DNA of 53,455 nt from Pseudomonadota bacterium (GCA_039185235.1 JBCDAS010000001.1:1-53455), one strand, 5' to 3'; counted from the first letter of the stretch, positions 19,949 through 29,794 are shown. Program-made: numbers and translations. Notes: a model not told the origin generated them from the sequence alone.

Positions 19949-20563
19949 TCATTTGCGTCCTACTCGGCGCGATGATCTCTGAAGCCCATCAGTTTCGGAT
20001 TGGTCGCTGCGAGACGCACGTAGATAAGCCTGTCTCTTCAAGCGGCCGAATGTATAGACCCACAACAAACCAGTAAGTACGAAAGCTGAGCTCGGGGAAA
20101 TAAAGCTGACAGTTACGCTGATCGCTGTCTTATCTGAAAGGAGCTCCGTTACGCTTTCATTTCCATTCACAAACCAACCAATAAAGGACCAGCCACATAG
20201 CCAGAGAGTCATCTCAAAAGCCTGTCCAATTTGTTTCTTGTCATTACAATTCAAAACAGGTTGAACTGTCTTTTCTGCAATGGCAGCAAGTTTGGAGATT
20301 GAAAGTAAGAAAATCCAATGCAGTACGAAAAATGCTAAAATCAAAAATCCGATATAAGTGCTCTGATAAGCAATATAACCACAAAAAGCGCAAAACAGCA
20401 GGAGCGAAATCGAGCGCTTAAGAATGAGCTCATATCGTTTTAAATTCGTTTTAATATTAGTCTGTTTCAGAATTACTTGAAACACATATGGTTTCTCGCA
20501 TGCTGATATACAGGGCGGTAGCTCTCCTACACACCTGCCTTGAAAGGTGATGTTGTCGCGCAA
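19949..20563 (-). CDS. Hypothetical membrane protein, AT-rich (start uncertain)
   Basis: Open frame with about four hydrophobic segments, visibly lower GC than the flanks; no family recognised. Confidence 0.45.
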   Translation of the reverse strand: MRDNITFQGRCVGELPPCISACEKPYVFQVILKQTNIKTNLKRYELILKRSISLLLFCAFCGYIAYQSTYIGFLILAFFVLHWIFLLSISKLAAIAEKTVQPVLNCNDKKQIGQAFEMTLWLCGWSFIGWFVNGNESVTELLSDKTAISVTVSFISPSSAFVLTGLLWVYTFGRLKRQAYLRASRSDQSETDGLQRSSRRVGRK

Positions 20564-20592
20564 GTCTAGTGATGTGTTGACTCGTGACCGAC

Positions 20593-21300
20593 CTACTCCG
20601 CAGCCACCTCACCTTCACTCCGCGATTTCAGAACAGCTTCGATCCGATCTGCCACCAAAGCCGTGTCATAGGCGCCAGGGGCGCGCTTGATTGCAGCCTC
20701 TCGCAAGGTCTCGGGAAACAGCGCTTTGCGTTGCTCTAGGAGGTCGAGGAAGAAGTCTTCCGTGAACTCAGGATGGGGTTGCAGGGTCCAGGCATGCGGG
20801 CCGTATTCAGCAGCCGCGATCGCACAGCCCTCTGCCCGGCCCGCCACACGGGCGCCTTCGGGCAGCTCGACCACTTGATCTTGGTGCAGACCCAGAACGC
20901 TGATTGGCCCATCGAACCCGTCGAGATCATACTCGACGCGGCCCAACACCCAACCATCGGGATGCTTGATCACCTTCCCTCCCAACGCCTGGGCCAGAAC
21001 CTGATGACCAAAACAGATCCCCACAATCGGCGATTTCAGCGCATGCGCCCCGCGCAGAAACGCCTCCAAGGGCGGGATCCAGTCGTGATCCTCATAGGCG
21101 CCATAGCGCGAGCCGGTGATGATCCACCCATCGCAATCGCCGATGCCACCGGGAAACTCATCATACATCACCGAATAGCTGCGAAACTGAAATCCACGGC
21201 CCTCCAGCAGCCGCTCGAACATCTCCGGATAGGTGCCGTATTTGCTCAGCAGCGGCTCCAGCACCGGCCCGGTCTCGAGAATTCCAATTGTGAGCATCAT
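20593..21300 (-). CDS. Class I glutamine amidotransferase
   Basis: ITGS, GICFGHQ (catalytic Cys), HQDQV, QPHPEF (His-Glu). Confidence 0.92.
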   Translation of the reverse strand: MMLTIGILETGPVLEPLLSKYGTYPEMFERLLEGRGFQFRSYSVMYDEFPGGIGDCDGWIITGSRYGAYEDHDWIPPLEAFLRGAHALKSPIVGICFGHQVLAQALGGKVIKHPDGWVLGRVEYDLDGFDGPISVLGLHQDQVVELPEGARVAGRAEGCAIAAAEYGPHAWTLQPHPEFTEDFFLDLLEQRKALFPETLREAAIKRAPGAYDTALVADRIEAVLKSRSEGEVAAE

Positions 21301-21375
21301 CGCCTCCGGCTTGCCTGATCCCGCCAACCTCGTGAGAATGCAGGCTCAGGTCAAGGCCAAGGGGAGAGCAGAGAC

Positions 21376-22179
21376 ATGACATTCAGCGAGGCAGTCGCCC
21401 AACGCTTCTCTGAGGCCCTCGACGGCCCGGAAGCGCTCACCCAAATGGCCGCCCGCGGCTCGGCCCGCCATTTCACCGATCAGCCAGTGGCACCCGGGCT
21501 GATCCGCGCCCTCGCCGCAACAGCGCTCTCCAGCCCGACCAAAAGCGATCTGCAACAGCGCGATATCCTGATCGTCACGGAGCCAGAGCTGCATGCCAGC
21601 CTCGCTGAGTGCACCGGGCAGGATTGGGTGGCGCGCGCCCCCGTCCTCCTCATCTTCCTTGCCAACCACCGCCGCCAACAGCGCCTCAGCACCCTGCACG
21701 GCCTGCCCTTTGGCAACAACCACGCCGACGCGCCCTTCAACGCCGCCATGGATGCCGCCATCGCCATGGCCACCTGCGTCGCCGCGGCCGAGCGCGTTGG
21801 CCTCGGCTGCTGCCCAATCAGCACGATCCGCAATCAGCCGGAGCGGGTTGCCGAACTCCTCAGCCTGCCGCCCCAAGTCTTCCCTGCCATGGGCCTCGGC
21901 CTCGGCTGGCCGAAATTCCCGCCCCGGATCGCCATTCGCCTGCCGCTCACAGCCACGCTGCATGAGAACCGTTTCGACGACGCGGGCGAAGAGGACGCCA
22001 TCCACACCTATGACCGCGCCCGCGCCGCCCGCCAGCCGATCGCCACCCAGCGCCGGATCGAAGAGTTCGGCGAAAGCACCAACTATGGCTGGTCCGAGGA
22101 CAAGGCCCGCCAATACGTCCACCCGGACCGCGCTGGCTGGGGCGCCTATCTGCGCCGCATCGGGTTCGACCTCTCATGA
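21376..22179 (+). CDS. Nitroreductase family (NfsA/FRP-like)
   Basis: RGSARHF, SSPTKSDLQQ, DAAIA, GLGCCPISTIRN, RLP. Confidence 0.9.
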   Translation: MTFSEAVAQRFSEALDGPEALTQMAARGSARHFTDQPVAPGLIRALAATALSSPTKSDLQQRDILIVTEPELHASLAECTGQDWVARAPVLLIFLANHRRQQRLSTLHGLPFGNNHADAPFNAAMDAAIAMATCVAAAERVGLGCCPISTIRNQPERVAELLSLPPQVFPAMGLGLGWPKFPPRIAIRLPLTATLHENRFDDAGEEDAIHTYDRARAARQPIATQRRIEEFGESTNYGWSEDKARQYVHPDRAGWGAYLRRIGFDLS

Positions 22180-22511
22180 ACACCGCGCATCTGATCGAGC
22201 GGATCAAGGCCGAGATCGCCGAGCTTCAGACCGCCGATGCCGCGACCGCCCAGGACCGCAAGGCCGTCGAGCTTGACCAGCAATCGGTCGGCAGGCTCAG
22301 CCGCATGGACGCCCTGCAAGTCCAAGCCATGGCCCAGGCCGAGAGCCGGAGGCGCAGCCAACGCATCCAAGCCCTCAAAGCCGCCCTCAAACGCGCCGCC
22401 GAGGACGAGCTCGGCTATTGCCAAGACTGCGGCGAGCCCATCGCCGAAGCGCGCCTAGACCTCGACCCCGCCGCCACCCGCTGCATCGACTGCGCGCGTG
22501 GGATGGGATAG
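22176..22511 (+). CDS. TraR/DksA C4 zinc-finger protein
   Basis: LDQQSVGRLSRMDALQ coiled coil, GYCQDCGEPI..RL..DP....CIDC. Confidence 0.9.
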   Translation: MNTAHLIERIKAEIAELQTADAATAQDRKAVELDQQSVGRLSRMDALQVQAMAQAESRRRSQRIQALKAALKRAAEDELGYCQDCGEPIAEARLDLDPAATRCIDCARGMG

Positions 22512-22543
22512 GCTGTACAAAACAAATTTGGATCACCAAGCCG

Positions 22544-23959
22544 ATGCCCAGTTTCCCATCATACGATCATTTTGAGGAGTGGCTGATTGGCCGCCATCAG
22601 ATGGAAAGTATGATGATGTTGGTACGCACCGCGATGCGGGCGCTTCCTATGCTGAGGTTCACCAAATTGCGTCAAGGAGAAGAAGTTGGGATGTTGCTGC
22701 AGACCTTTGGCGCAGTTCGATGCGTTACCAGCCGAGTTGCACTCGGGAATAGGAACCTAGGCTACTCAGGTTTTCATCCGGCGGACTACTCAAGTGGTCT
22801 TCTGGATGACTATGCTTCAGGGGCCGCGGAAGTAATAGTGGGCATTTCGAGAAACAATTTCGAATCTGAAAGATTCTGGAAGGTTCGACTTTTCGAAATA
22901 TGGCCTGATCTTTCACATCAGATGAGCGATATCGAGATTGATGCAGGGCTTCTTGAGGCGGGACACGGACTGATTGAAGTTTTGAACCGACCCCTTTGGA
23001 ACAATACAACAGTTGAAGAAGACGAGAACTGGTCTCTCTTCAAAGCTCGATTGCCCCATGGCCAAGACTGGGATGTCTGGACTGAATGGTACGAGAGCCG
23101 GAAGCGTGGTGGACCAATCGACACTGATCTTGAAAGAAAGCTCTCTCTCATTGCACGAAGCGATTGGAAAAAACATCCTTCCAAAGTCAACGCGATGATC
23201 AAGCGGTTGATCGAGGATCACGCGCTTACCGCAAGCCCACAAGCCGAGCGTATTTCGCTGGATGAAGAGTCCGGCCGCTTTCAACTCGAACGGCGCGTGG
23301 TTGACCCTGGAGGCGCCCATGGCAACGCCTGCCAGAAAGTTGCAGATCGGCTCGACGTCCTCAAGCCTCGCCTAGACGAAAACCAACTCACTGCAATCCA
23401 ACCAGTCGTCGAAGACCTAGAACGGACCGTGGCGCGCTACTCTGAGTTTCCTAGACGCGTCCATGACGATTTCGAAACGGCCGTTTTGAACATTCAGCAG
23501 CTTCTGTCGTCTCACGAATTGGCTGACGACCTGGCCGTTACAAATCTTCAAAGGGATCTCGAGACCGGGATCGTCGATATCCGAGATGAAAGCCCAGAGA
23601 TCGCCGCGCTCGTCGAGGCGCGAGCCAAAATTCGGATGCAGCGGCTATCTTCTGCGGATCGGGACAGGGTCTTCGAAACCGCCGAGAAAGTTGCTGAGGT
23701 TTCTGACCCGATTCTGGGCGAGCAAATGATCGAGGATGCTGAGATCCTTCGAGACGCGCCCAACGAACCCACACCTGAAGACGGAGTGCCTGAAGGGAAA
23801 GAAAAAGCAGCCGGGTATCGTTTGGCTGGTCGAATGTTGCGGATTCGGGAGAAAGCAGAGAAGATCGTCGGCTATGTCGACAAGTTCGATAAGGTGATGA
23901 AGATCCCAAAGTGGATCGGGATTATCGGCACTCTGCTTTACACGCTCTTAGGTTTCTAA
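22544..23959 (+). CDS. Hypothetical protein, largely helical, with a C-terminal hydrophobic helix
   Basis: Long open frame from ATG 22544; Trp-rich WDVWTEWYE motif; ends [15 protein letters not shown]. Confidence 0.65.
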   Translation: MPSFPSYDHFEEWLIGRHQMESMMMLVRTAMRALPMLRFTKLRQGEEVGMLLQTFGAVRCVTSRVALGNRNLGYSGFHPADYSSGLLDDYASGAAEVIVGISRNNFESERFWKVRLFEIWPDLSHQMSDIEIDAGLLEAGHGLIEVLNRPLWNNTTVEEDENWSLFKARLPHGQDWDVWTEWYESRKRGGPIDTDLERKLSLIARSDWKKHPSKVNAMIKRLIEDHALTASPQAERISLDEESGRFQLERRVVDPGGAHGNACQKVADRLDVLKPRLDENQLTAIQPVVEDLERTVARYSEFPRRVHDDFETAVLNIQQLLSSHELADDLAVTNLQRDLETGIVDIRDESPEIAALVEARAKIRMQRLSSADRDRVFETAEKVAEVSDPILGEQMIEDAEILRDAPNEPTPEDGVPEGKEKAAGYRLAGRMLRIREKAEKIVGYVDKFDKVMKIPKWIGIIGTLLYTLLGF

Positions 23960-23964
23960 CCTCC

Positions 23965-24022
23965 TCGCCCGGTGGGAACCACCGGGCCGCGTCCGCCCTC
24001 CCCCGGGTGGGCGCGGTGGCGA
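23965..24022. repeat. GC-rich tandem hairpins (palindromic element)
   Basis: CCCGGTGG-GAA-CCACCGGG (23968-23986) directly followed by CCGCGTCCGCCC-loop-GGGTGGGCGCGG (23987-24016). Confidence 0.6.
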
Positions 24023-24269
24023 TGACGCTCGCAGCTCAAGCGGTTTTTGGGCTTTGAGGATATGGCCAAGCCCACCCCCTGCGTGGCACCCACCAGGGCG
24101 GGCGCGACCCTTGGCGCTACGGGCTTTGTTGGGCGGGTTTCGGTCGGGCAAGTGTAGTTACGAAAGAACTACGCAAAACCTATCGAAAAATGCCCCCTCT
24201 TTGCCGGGCTTGCCGCCATGCCGGTTCCGGGGTATGAGCCGCGCGGAAACCCCCCGGGAGAGAGCAGAA

Positions 24270-24833
24270 ATGCCCAAGATCAATGGCAATGAAATTCGGC
24301 GCGGCAATATCATCGAGCATAATGGCGGGCTCTGGGTTGCGGTGAAAACCGACCATGTGAAGCCCGGTAAGGGGGGCGCGTTTGCGCAAGTCGAGTTGAA
24401 GAACTTGCGCAATGGCTCCAAGCTGAATGAGCGGTTTCGCTCAGCAGACAAAGTCGAACGCGTGCGGCTAGAGCAAAAAGACCAGCAGTTTCTTTATGAG
24501 AATGACGAGATGCTGGTGTTTATGGACAGCGAGACATTTGAGCAGATCGAGCTCCCGAGCGATCTTCTGGGCGATGCCCGCCCGTTTCTCCAAGACGGGA
24601 TGACTGTGCAAATCGAATACTACGAGGAAGAAGCGCTCAGCGTTACTCTCCCGGAAAAAGTCACTTGCGAGATTGTCGAGACCGAGCCGGTCGTCAAAGG
24701 CCAGACCGCCGCGAACTCCTTCAAACCGGCGATTTTGGACAATGGCGTCAAAATCATGGTCCCGCCTTTCGTCGCCCATGGCGAGAAAGTGGTGGTCAAT
24801 ACCGAGACCGGCGAGTACTCGGAAAGGGCATGA
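24270..24833 (+). CDS. efp: Elongation factor P
   Basis: [35 protein letters not shown]. Confidence 0.97.
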   Translation: MPKINGNEIRRGNIIEHNGGLWVAVKTDHVKPGKGGAFAQVELKNLRNGSKLNERFRSADKVERVRLEQKDQQFLYENDEMLVFMDSETFEQIELPSDLLGDARPFLQDGMTVQIEYYEEEALSVTLPEKVTCEIVETEPVVKGQTAANSFKPAILDNGVKIMVPPFVAHGEKVVVNTETGEYSERA

Positions 24834-24837
24834 TCTA

Positions 24838-25638
24838 GTGGTTGCGCCCTCAGCAAACCTCAACATCATGATCAAAGCCGCCCGCTCCGCCGGGCGCAGC
24901 CTGGTGCGTGATTTTGGCGAGGCGGAGCAGTTACAGGTCTCGGTCAAAGGGATCGGCGACTTTGTCTCCAAGGCCGATATCAAGGCTGAGGGGATCATCC
25001 GCGAGATGCTGCGCGAGGCCCGGCCGACCTATGGCTGGGTGGGCGAGGAGAGCGCCGAGGAGAAGGGCGAGGATCCAACCCGGCGTTGGATCGTGGACCC
25101 GCTGGATGGAACGACGAACTTCCTCCATGGCATCCCCCATTGGGCGATCTCTATCGCTTTGGAACATAAGGGAAAAATCACCTCCGCAGTGATCTATGAC
25201 CCGGTGAAGGACGAAATGTTCACCTCCGAGTTGGGCGCCGGTGCTTGGCTGAACGACCGCCGTTTGCGGGTCTCTGCCAGGCGGGATATGACGACCATGC
25301 TGTTTGCGACCGGTGTGCCTTTTGGCGGGCGCGAGGGCCTGCCGGAGACGATCCGCGACCTCAGCCGCCTGATGCCCCGCTGCGCCGGCGTGCGCCGGTT
25401 CGGTGCCGCAGCGCTGGACCTCGCCTGGGTCGCCTCGGGCCGCTATGACGGGTTCTGGGAGCGCACGCTAAACGCTTGGGACATCGCGGCGGGGATCCTC
25501 CTAGTGCAGGAGGCTGGGGGCCTGGTCGGCGCGATCGGCCATGGGCCAGGTCAGGGCAATCCAATGCGCTCTGGCGACATCCTGGCGACCAATGGCAATA
25601 TCTACGAAACGCTCAATTCGATCTTGACCGAGACCTAG
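24838..25638 (+). CDS. suhB: Inositol monophosphatase family SuhB
   Basis: GTG start; GEE, WIVDPLDGTTNF.HG, RRFGAAALDLA, WDIAAG. Confidence 0.94.
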   Translation: MVAPSANLNIMIKAARSAGRSLVRDFGEAEQLQVSVKGIGDFVSKADIKAEGIIREMLREARPTYGWVGEESAEEKGEDPTRRWIVDPLDGTTNFLHGIPHWAISIALEHKGKITSAVIYDPVKDEMFTSELGAGAWLNDRRLRVSARRDMTTMLFATGVPFGGREGLPETIRDLSRLMPRCAGVRRFGAAALDLAWVASGRYDGFWERTLNAWDIAAGILLVQEAGGLVGAIGHGPGQGNPMRSGDILATNGNIYETLNSILTET

Positions 25639-25720
25639 CCCTATTGTCGCCTAAAAGCTTGGTTTACCATCAAAAACCTGCATGATGTGGGGATAGATCG
25701 ACCTTGGTTGGGGACAGAGG

Positions 25721-26974
25721 ATGAGCTTAGACGAAGGGCGCGGGCAAGCGTTCTCGATGCCGACCCGGCAGATCGCGATGATGTTGATCGTCCTCGCATT
25801 GGTGGTCATTGGGGGCACGTTTCTCGCCGCACAGATCCAGACGGTTTTCGCGGCGAATGTCTATCTGAACGCCTTTATCGGCTTTGTCTTCCTGATCGGG
25901 ATTTTCGCGACTTTCTGGCAGGTCGCCCAGATCATCGCAGCCGTGCGATGGCTCAAGAACCTGCAAGCGGGTTTCAAGGGGCATGAGTTCACCGATCCGC
26001 CGCGTCTGGTCGCCTCCATGGCGCCACTGCTGCGCGAAGGGAAGATGAAGAAGCGGATGGCGGCGAGTTCCACCCGCTCGATCCTTGACAGTATCGCAGT
26101 GCGCCTGGACGAGGCGCGGGACATCACGCGCTATATCACTAACCTTCTGATTTTTCTGGGCCTTTTAGGCACGTTCTGGGGCCTTTCGCTAACCGTTCCA
26201 GCAGTCGTCGACACGATCCGCAGCTTGGCGCCTCAGCCCGGCGACACCCAATCGGATGTCGGCGTGTTCGACCGGCTGATGGGTGGGCTCGAGAGCCAGC
26301 TGGGCGGCATGGGGACAGCTTTTGCCTCCTCGCTGGTCGGGCTTGCCGGGTCGTTGGTGGTGGGGCTGTTGGAGCTTTTCGCGGGCCATGGGCAAAACCG
26401 CTTCTACCGCGAGCTCGAGGATTGGCTGACCTCCTTCACCCGCCTCGGGCTGGTCAATGAGGGGGAAGGACCCGACGGCGCCTTGGTGGCGCTCTTGGAG
26501 CGTGTCGATGAGGGGCTGGAGAAGACGACCGACTTCGCAACCAAAGCCGAGGCCGCCCGCATCAAATCCGAAGAACGCCTCGGCGCCGTCGCCGATGTGA
26601 TTGGCACAATGGCCAACGAGATGCAGACCGAACGTCAGATCGTGCAAGAACTCGTCAATGAGATCCGGTCAAGCAAAGATGTTGAATCCGGCCGGGATCA
26701 CGCGACGCTGACCGTGCTCAAGCGCATGGAGCAGACCAGCCTCGCCACGGCGGAGGCGACCGCTCACATGGCCGACACGTTGCAGCGGGGTGGCGGTACA
26801 CAGGGCTCGCGCTTTGGCGACGAGGTCGGCCTGAAAAATGTCGAGGCTCAGCTGCGTCTTTTGGCCGATGACATCTCGGTCGGGCGGCACGAAGCGACCG
26901 CGGCGCTCAGAGCTGAGTTGCGCACCCTGATCAATCTCATCGACCAACGCACCCGAGACGGCGGAGGCACCTGA
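25721..26974 (+). CDS. MotA/TolQ/ExbB-like proton-channel subunit with a long C-terminal helical tail
   Basis: LGLLGTFWGL and GMGTAFASSLVGL channel motifs; coupled to the next gene. Confidence 0.85.
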   Translation: MSLDEGRGQAFSMPTRQIAMMLIVLALVVIGGTFLAAQIQTVFAANVYLNAFIGFVFLIGIFATFWQVAQIIAAVRWLKNLQAGFKGHEFTDPPRLVASMAPLLREGKMKKRMAASSTRSILDSIAVRLDEARDITRYITNLLIFLGLLGTFWGLSLTVPAVVDTIRSLAPQPGDTQSDVGVFDRLMGGLESQLGGMGTAFASSLVGLAGSLVVGLLELFAGHGQNRFYRELEDWLTSFTRLGLVNEGEGPDGALVALLERVDEGLEKTTDFATKAEAARIKSEERLGAVADVIGTMANEMQTERQIVQELVNEIRSSKDVESGRDHATLTVLKRMEQTSLATAEATAHMADTLQRGGGTQGSRFGDEVGLKNVEAQLRLLADDISVGRHEATAALRAELRTLINLIDQRTRDGGGT

Positions 26975-28668
26975 TGCCCCTCGCCCGGCGCAGCGGTCAG
27001 AGGTTCGAGGCCAATATTTGGCCAGGCTTTGTCGATGCGATGACGGCGCTCCTGTTGATCCTGACTTTCGTGCTGTCGATCTTCATGATCGTACAATTCA
27101 GCCTGCGCGAGACGATCACCGGGCAGAGCCAAAAGCTGAATGATCTCAATGCTCAACTCGTCGCTCTCACAGATGTTCTGGCGCTGGAGCGGTCCCGCTC
27201 GGCAGAGTTGGAACAGAACCTCGGGACCGCGCGGGCGAACTTGGTCGATGAGCAGGCTGAAACGGACCGGCTGAATGCAGCCCTAGCGGCAATGACCGCG
27301 CAGCTGGAGGACGCTCAGACTGAGGCCGCGCGGTTGACCGGTGAACTGGCCGCCGCCCAGGATGCCGAGGCAACAGTGCGCAGCGCACTCGCCACCACGC
27401 GCAGCGAGTTGGACGCCCAAGTGGAGGCGGCGCGCCTGGCCGCTGCGCAACGCGAGGCGATGGAGGCCTTGATCGCCGATCTCCAGGCAGACCAGGTCTC
27501 ACAGCAGGAAGAATTGACGACCTTGCAGGCCGACCAAGCCGCCTCGCTCGCCTTGATTGCAGCATTGGAGGCTGAGCAGCAGGCGCAAGAGCGTGACCTC
27601 AGTTCGGCAGAAGCCGCGAAAGCCGCGCTCGAGGCGGAGATGGCGGCGTTGTCGGCAGATCTCGATCAATTGCGCGGTCGCTTGACCGAGGAGGAGGAGG
27701 CAAGGCTGCTGGAAGCAGCGGCGGCAGAAGCGCTGCGCAGGAAATTGGAGCAGGACGCGGCCGAGCTTGACGCCGTGACCTTGGCGCTCGAAGCCGCTCG
27801 CAAAGAGGCTGAGCAGACCCTGACGCTCTTAGCCGCGGCCGAGGCCGCCCGCGATTCACTCAGCGACGAACAACGTCTCAGGCTGGAGGCCGAGGCGCAG
27901 GCCAGCTCGCAATCAGAGGCGTTTGACCGAGAAGCAGCCCTTCGCAAAGTCGCTGAAGCAGAGCTCGCCAAGGCCAGTGCACAAACCGCAGAACAAGCCC
28001 GCCGAGTAGCTCTTCTGAACGAGCAGGTGAAACAGTTGAACAGCCAACTCGCTGCGCTGCAAAACCTGCTTGACGAGACGGCCGCGAAGGAGGCCGACGG
28101 TCAGGTGCAGATCTCGAACCTCGGCGCACAGTTGAATGCAGCGCTGGCGCGCAAAGTCGCGCTCGAAGCAGAAAATGCGGAGCTCCTGGCCGAACAGGTT
28201 GATCGGCTGGAGCAAGTCCGCTCGGTCTTTCTCGAGCGCGTCGAGGGTGCGCTGGCGGGCCGCGACGGGATTAAACGCGTGGGCGACCGGTTTGTCTTCC
28301 AATCCGAAGTCCTGTTCAACGCAGGCTCCGCCGAGCTCGGCCCTGCCGGTCAGGCGGAGTTGACCCGGCTTGGCGAAGTGATCCGCGAGCTTTCTGGTGA
28401 GCTGCCCGAGGATATCGATTGGATCCTGAGAGTTGACGGGCATACCGACCGGATCCCCCTCGCCGGCACCGGGCGCTACCGCAATAACTGGGAATTGAGC
28501 CAGGGCCGGGCGCTTTCGGTCGTCACCTACCTGATCGAGAATGAGGGCGCTGATCCAAGCCGGTTGGCAGCCACGGGCTTCGGTGAGTATCGCCCGATTG
28601 ATCTGGGAGAGACGCAAGACGCCTTGGCGCGCAACCGCCGGATCGAGTTCAAATTCACCGAGCGATAA
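26974..28668 (+). CDS. MotB/OmpA-like peptidoglycan-binding protein with a long coiled coil
   Basis: WPGFVDAMTALL TM segment with conserved Asp, ~370-aa Ala/Glu/Leu coiled coil, VLF, VDGHTD, NWELSQGRA, NRRIEF. Confidence 0.88.
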   Translation: MPLARRSGQRFEANIWPGFVDAMTALLLILTFVLSIFMIVQFSLRETITGQSQKLNDLNAQLVALTDVLALERSRSAELEQNLGTARANLVDEQAETDRLNAALAAMTAQLEDAQTEAARLTGELAAAQDAEATVRSALATTRSELDAQVEAARLAAAQREAMEALIADLQADQVSQQEELTTLQADQAASLALIAALEAEQQAQERDLSSAEAAKAALEAEMAALSADLDQLRGRLTEEEEARLLEAAAAEALRRKLEQDAAELDAVTLALEAARKEAEQTLTLLAAAEAARDSLSDEQRLRLEAEAQASSQSEAFDREAALRKVAEAELAKASAQTAEQARRVALLNEQVKQLNSQLAALQNLLDETAAKEADGQVQISNLGAQLNAALARKVALEAENAELLAEQVDRLEQVRSVFLERVEGALAGRDGIKRVGDRFVFQSEVLFNAGSAELGPAGQAELTRLGEVIRELSGELPEDIDWILRVDGHTDRIPLAGTGRYRNNWELSQGRALSVVTYLIENEGADPSRLAATGFGEYRPIDLGETQDALARNRRIEFKFTER

Positions 28669-29560
28669 GGCGCTTTACGGCGTCAAGCACCCGCTCGAAG
28701 GCCGCAGCCCCACGGGCTGTGCGGTGTCGGGCGCGCAGCCACATATGCGGGAGTTGCTCCTCAATCCAACACTCTGCTTGGCTCCCCGCGGCAAGCAGGC
28801 GATCGCGATAGGCCAAACCATCATCGCGCAACGGATCGACCCCGGCTGCAGAAATGAAGGTTGGAGCAGTGCCAATATGATCGATGGCCGCAAGCACCCG
28901 CTGGGTCGGATCAGTATCATCGGGCGCACCACCTGTTCGCAAGCCGCCATAGGCGTGGATATCCGCAGTGGTGAGCAAAGGCGCCCCGGCACAGTCCGTA
29001 TAAGAAGGAAGATCCAGGGCGAGCCCTCCGAGAGACGGATAAATCAGCACCTGACCGGCCACGCTTCGCTGGCCTCTTAACGTCCAAGCGACCGATGCAG
29101 CCAAAGTGCCGCCCGCACTGTCGCCCACCAAGACCACCGGAGCCGCGATGGCCCGGGTCACCGCCAAAGCGTCGTCAAACGCCGCGGGATGAAGGTGCTC
29201 GGGCGCAAGGCGATAATCTACGGCCGTCACCGATGCCTGAGTTGCAACTGCAATCTCAGCTGCGACATCATCATGGCTGTCGAGCCCGCCAACTACGAAC
29301 CCACCACCATGCAAGAAAACGATCTGACCTCGGCTCCCACCTTCGTAGATCCGGCAAGGCACGCGGGCGATCGAGGCATCTCGGACAGACAGGCCCTGCG
29401 GACGCGGTGCCCGAAAATACGCCGACATCGCATCATAAAGCGCCCGCTGCTCGGCAATGGTCGCAACAACCGTGCCGGGTGGCGTTAGACCATCGACCTC
29501 CGCGATGAAGGCAAGGATCTCAGGATCAGTGATGCCAGATGTCATAGCGCAAATGGACAT
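28655..29560 (-). CDS. Alpha/beta hydrolase, HSL/esterase family
   Basis: HGGGF, VDYRLAPEH, GDSAG, DPLRD, H. Start may be 29545. Confidence 0.92.
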   Translation of the reverse strand: MSICAMTSGITDPEILAFIAEVDGLTPPGTVVATIAEQRALYDAMSAYFRAPRPQGLSVRDASIARVPCRIYEGGSRGQIVFLHGGGFVVGGLDSHDDVAAEIAVATQASVTAVDYRLAPEHLHPAAFDDALAVTRAIAAPVVLVGDSAGGTLAASVAWTLRGQRSVAGQVLIYPSLGGLALDLPSYTDCAGAPLLTTADIHAYGGLRTGGAPDDTDPTQRVLAAIDHIGTAPTFISAAGVDPLRDDGLAYRDRLLAAGSQAECWIEEQLPHMWLRARHRTARGAAAFERVLDAVKRLIAR

Positions 29561-29594
29561 AAGACATACGGGGCGCGGAGTGAACCATTTGCTC

Positions 29595-29794
29595 GAACCA
29601 AGCGGAGCGCGCGTTCCGCGCGCGCATCTATTCTGTCCAAGCCAGATCGCCGTTTCTTCGAAACAGCGCCTTGGCGGACAGAGGCGCGAGTGCCGGTGCT
29701 AGGCGCCAATGATCGGAGACGGAGCCGTTCGCAAGAACGGCGCAGCGCAGATCCAGCAAAACAGTATGCGGCAAAGTCGCATTCCGCTTGGTTC
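29595..29794. mobile_element. 200-bp MITE/REPIN-like element with 12-bp terminal inverted repeats
   Basis: GAACCAAGCGGA (29595-29606) and TCCGCTTGGTTC (29783-29794) are perfect inverted repeats, each with an internal hairpin. The termini match the 5' end of the 180-bp repeat. Mobility is inferred. Confidence 0.7.

Noticed and set aside
27200-28200. Repetitive GCC/GAG/CAG-rich DNA as a tandem repeat
   Set aside because: It reflects Ala/Glu/Gln/Leu coiled-coil coding in the MotB-like gene; I see no exact nucleotide periodicity.
25721-28668. Zorya anti-phage system
   Set aside because: No zorC/zorD/zorE genes, host-like composition and a housekeeping context.
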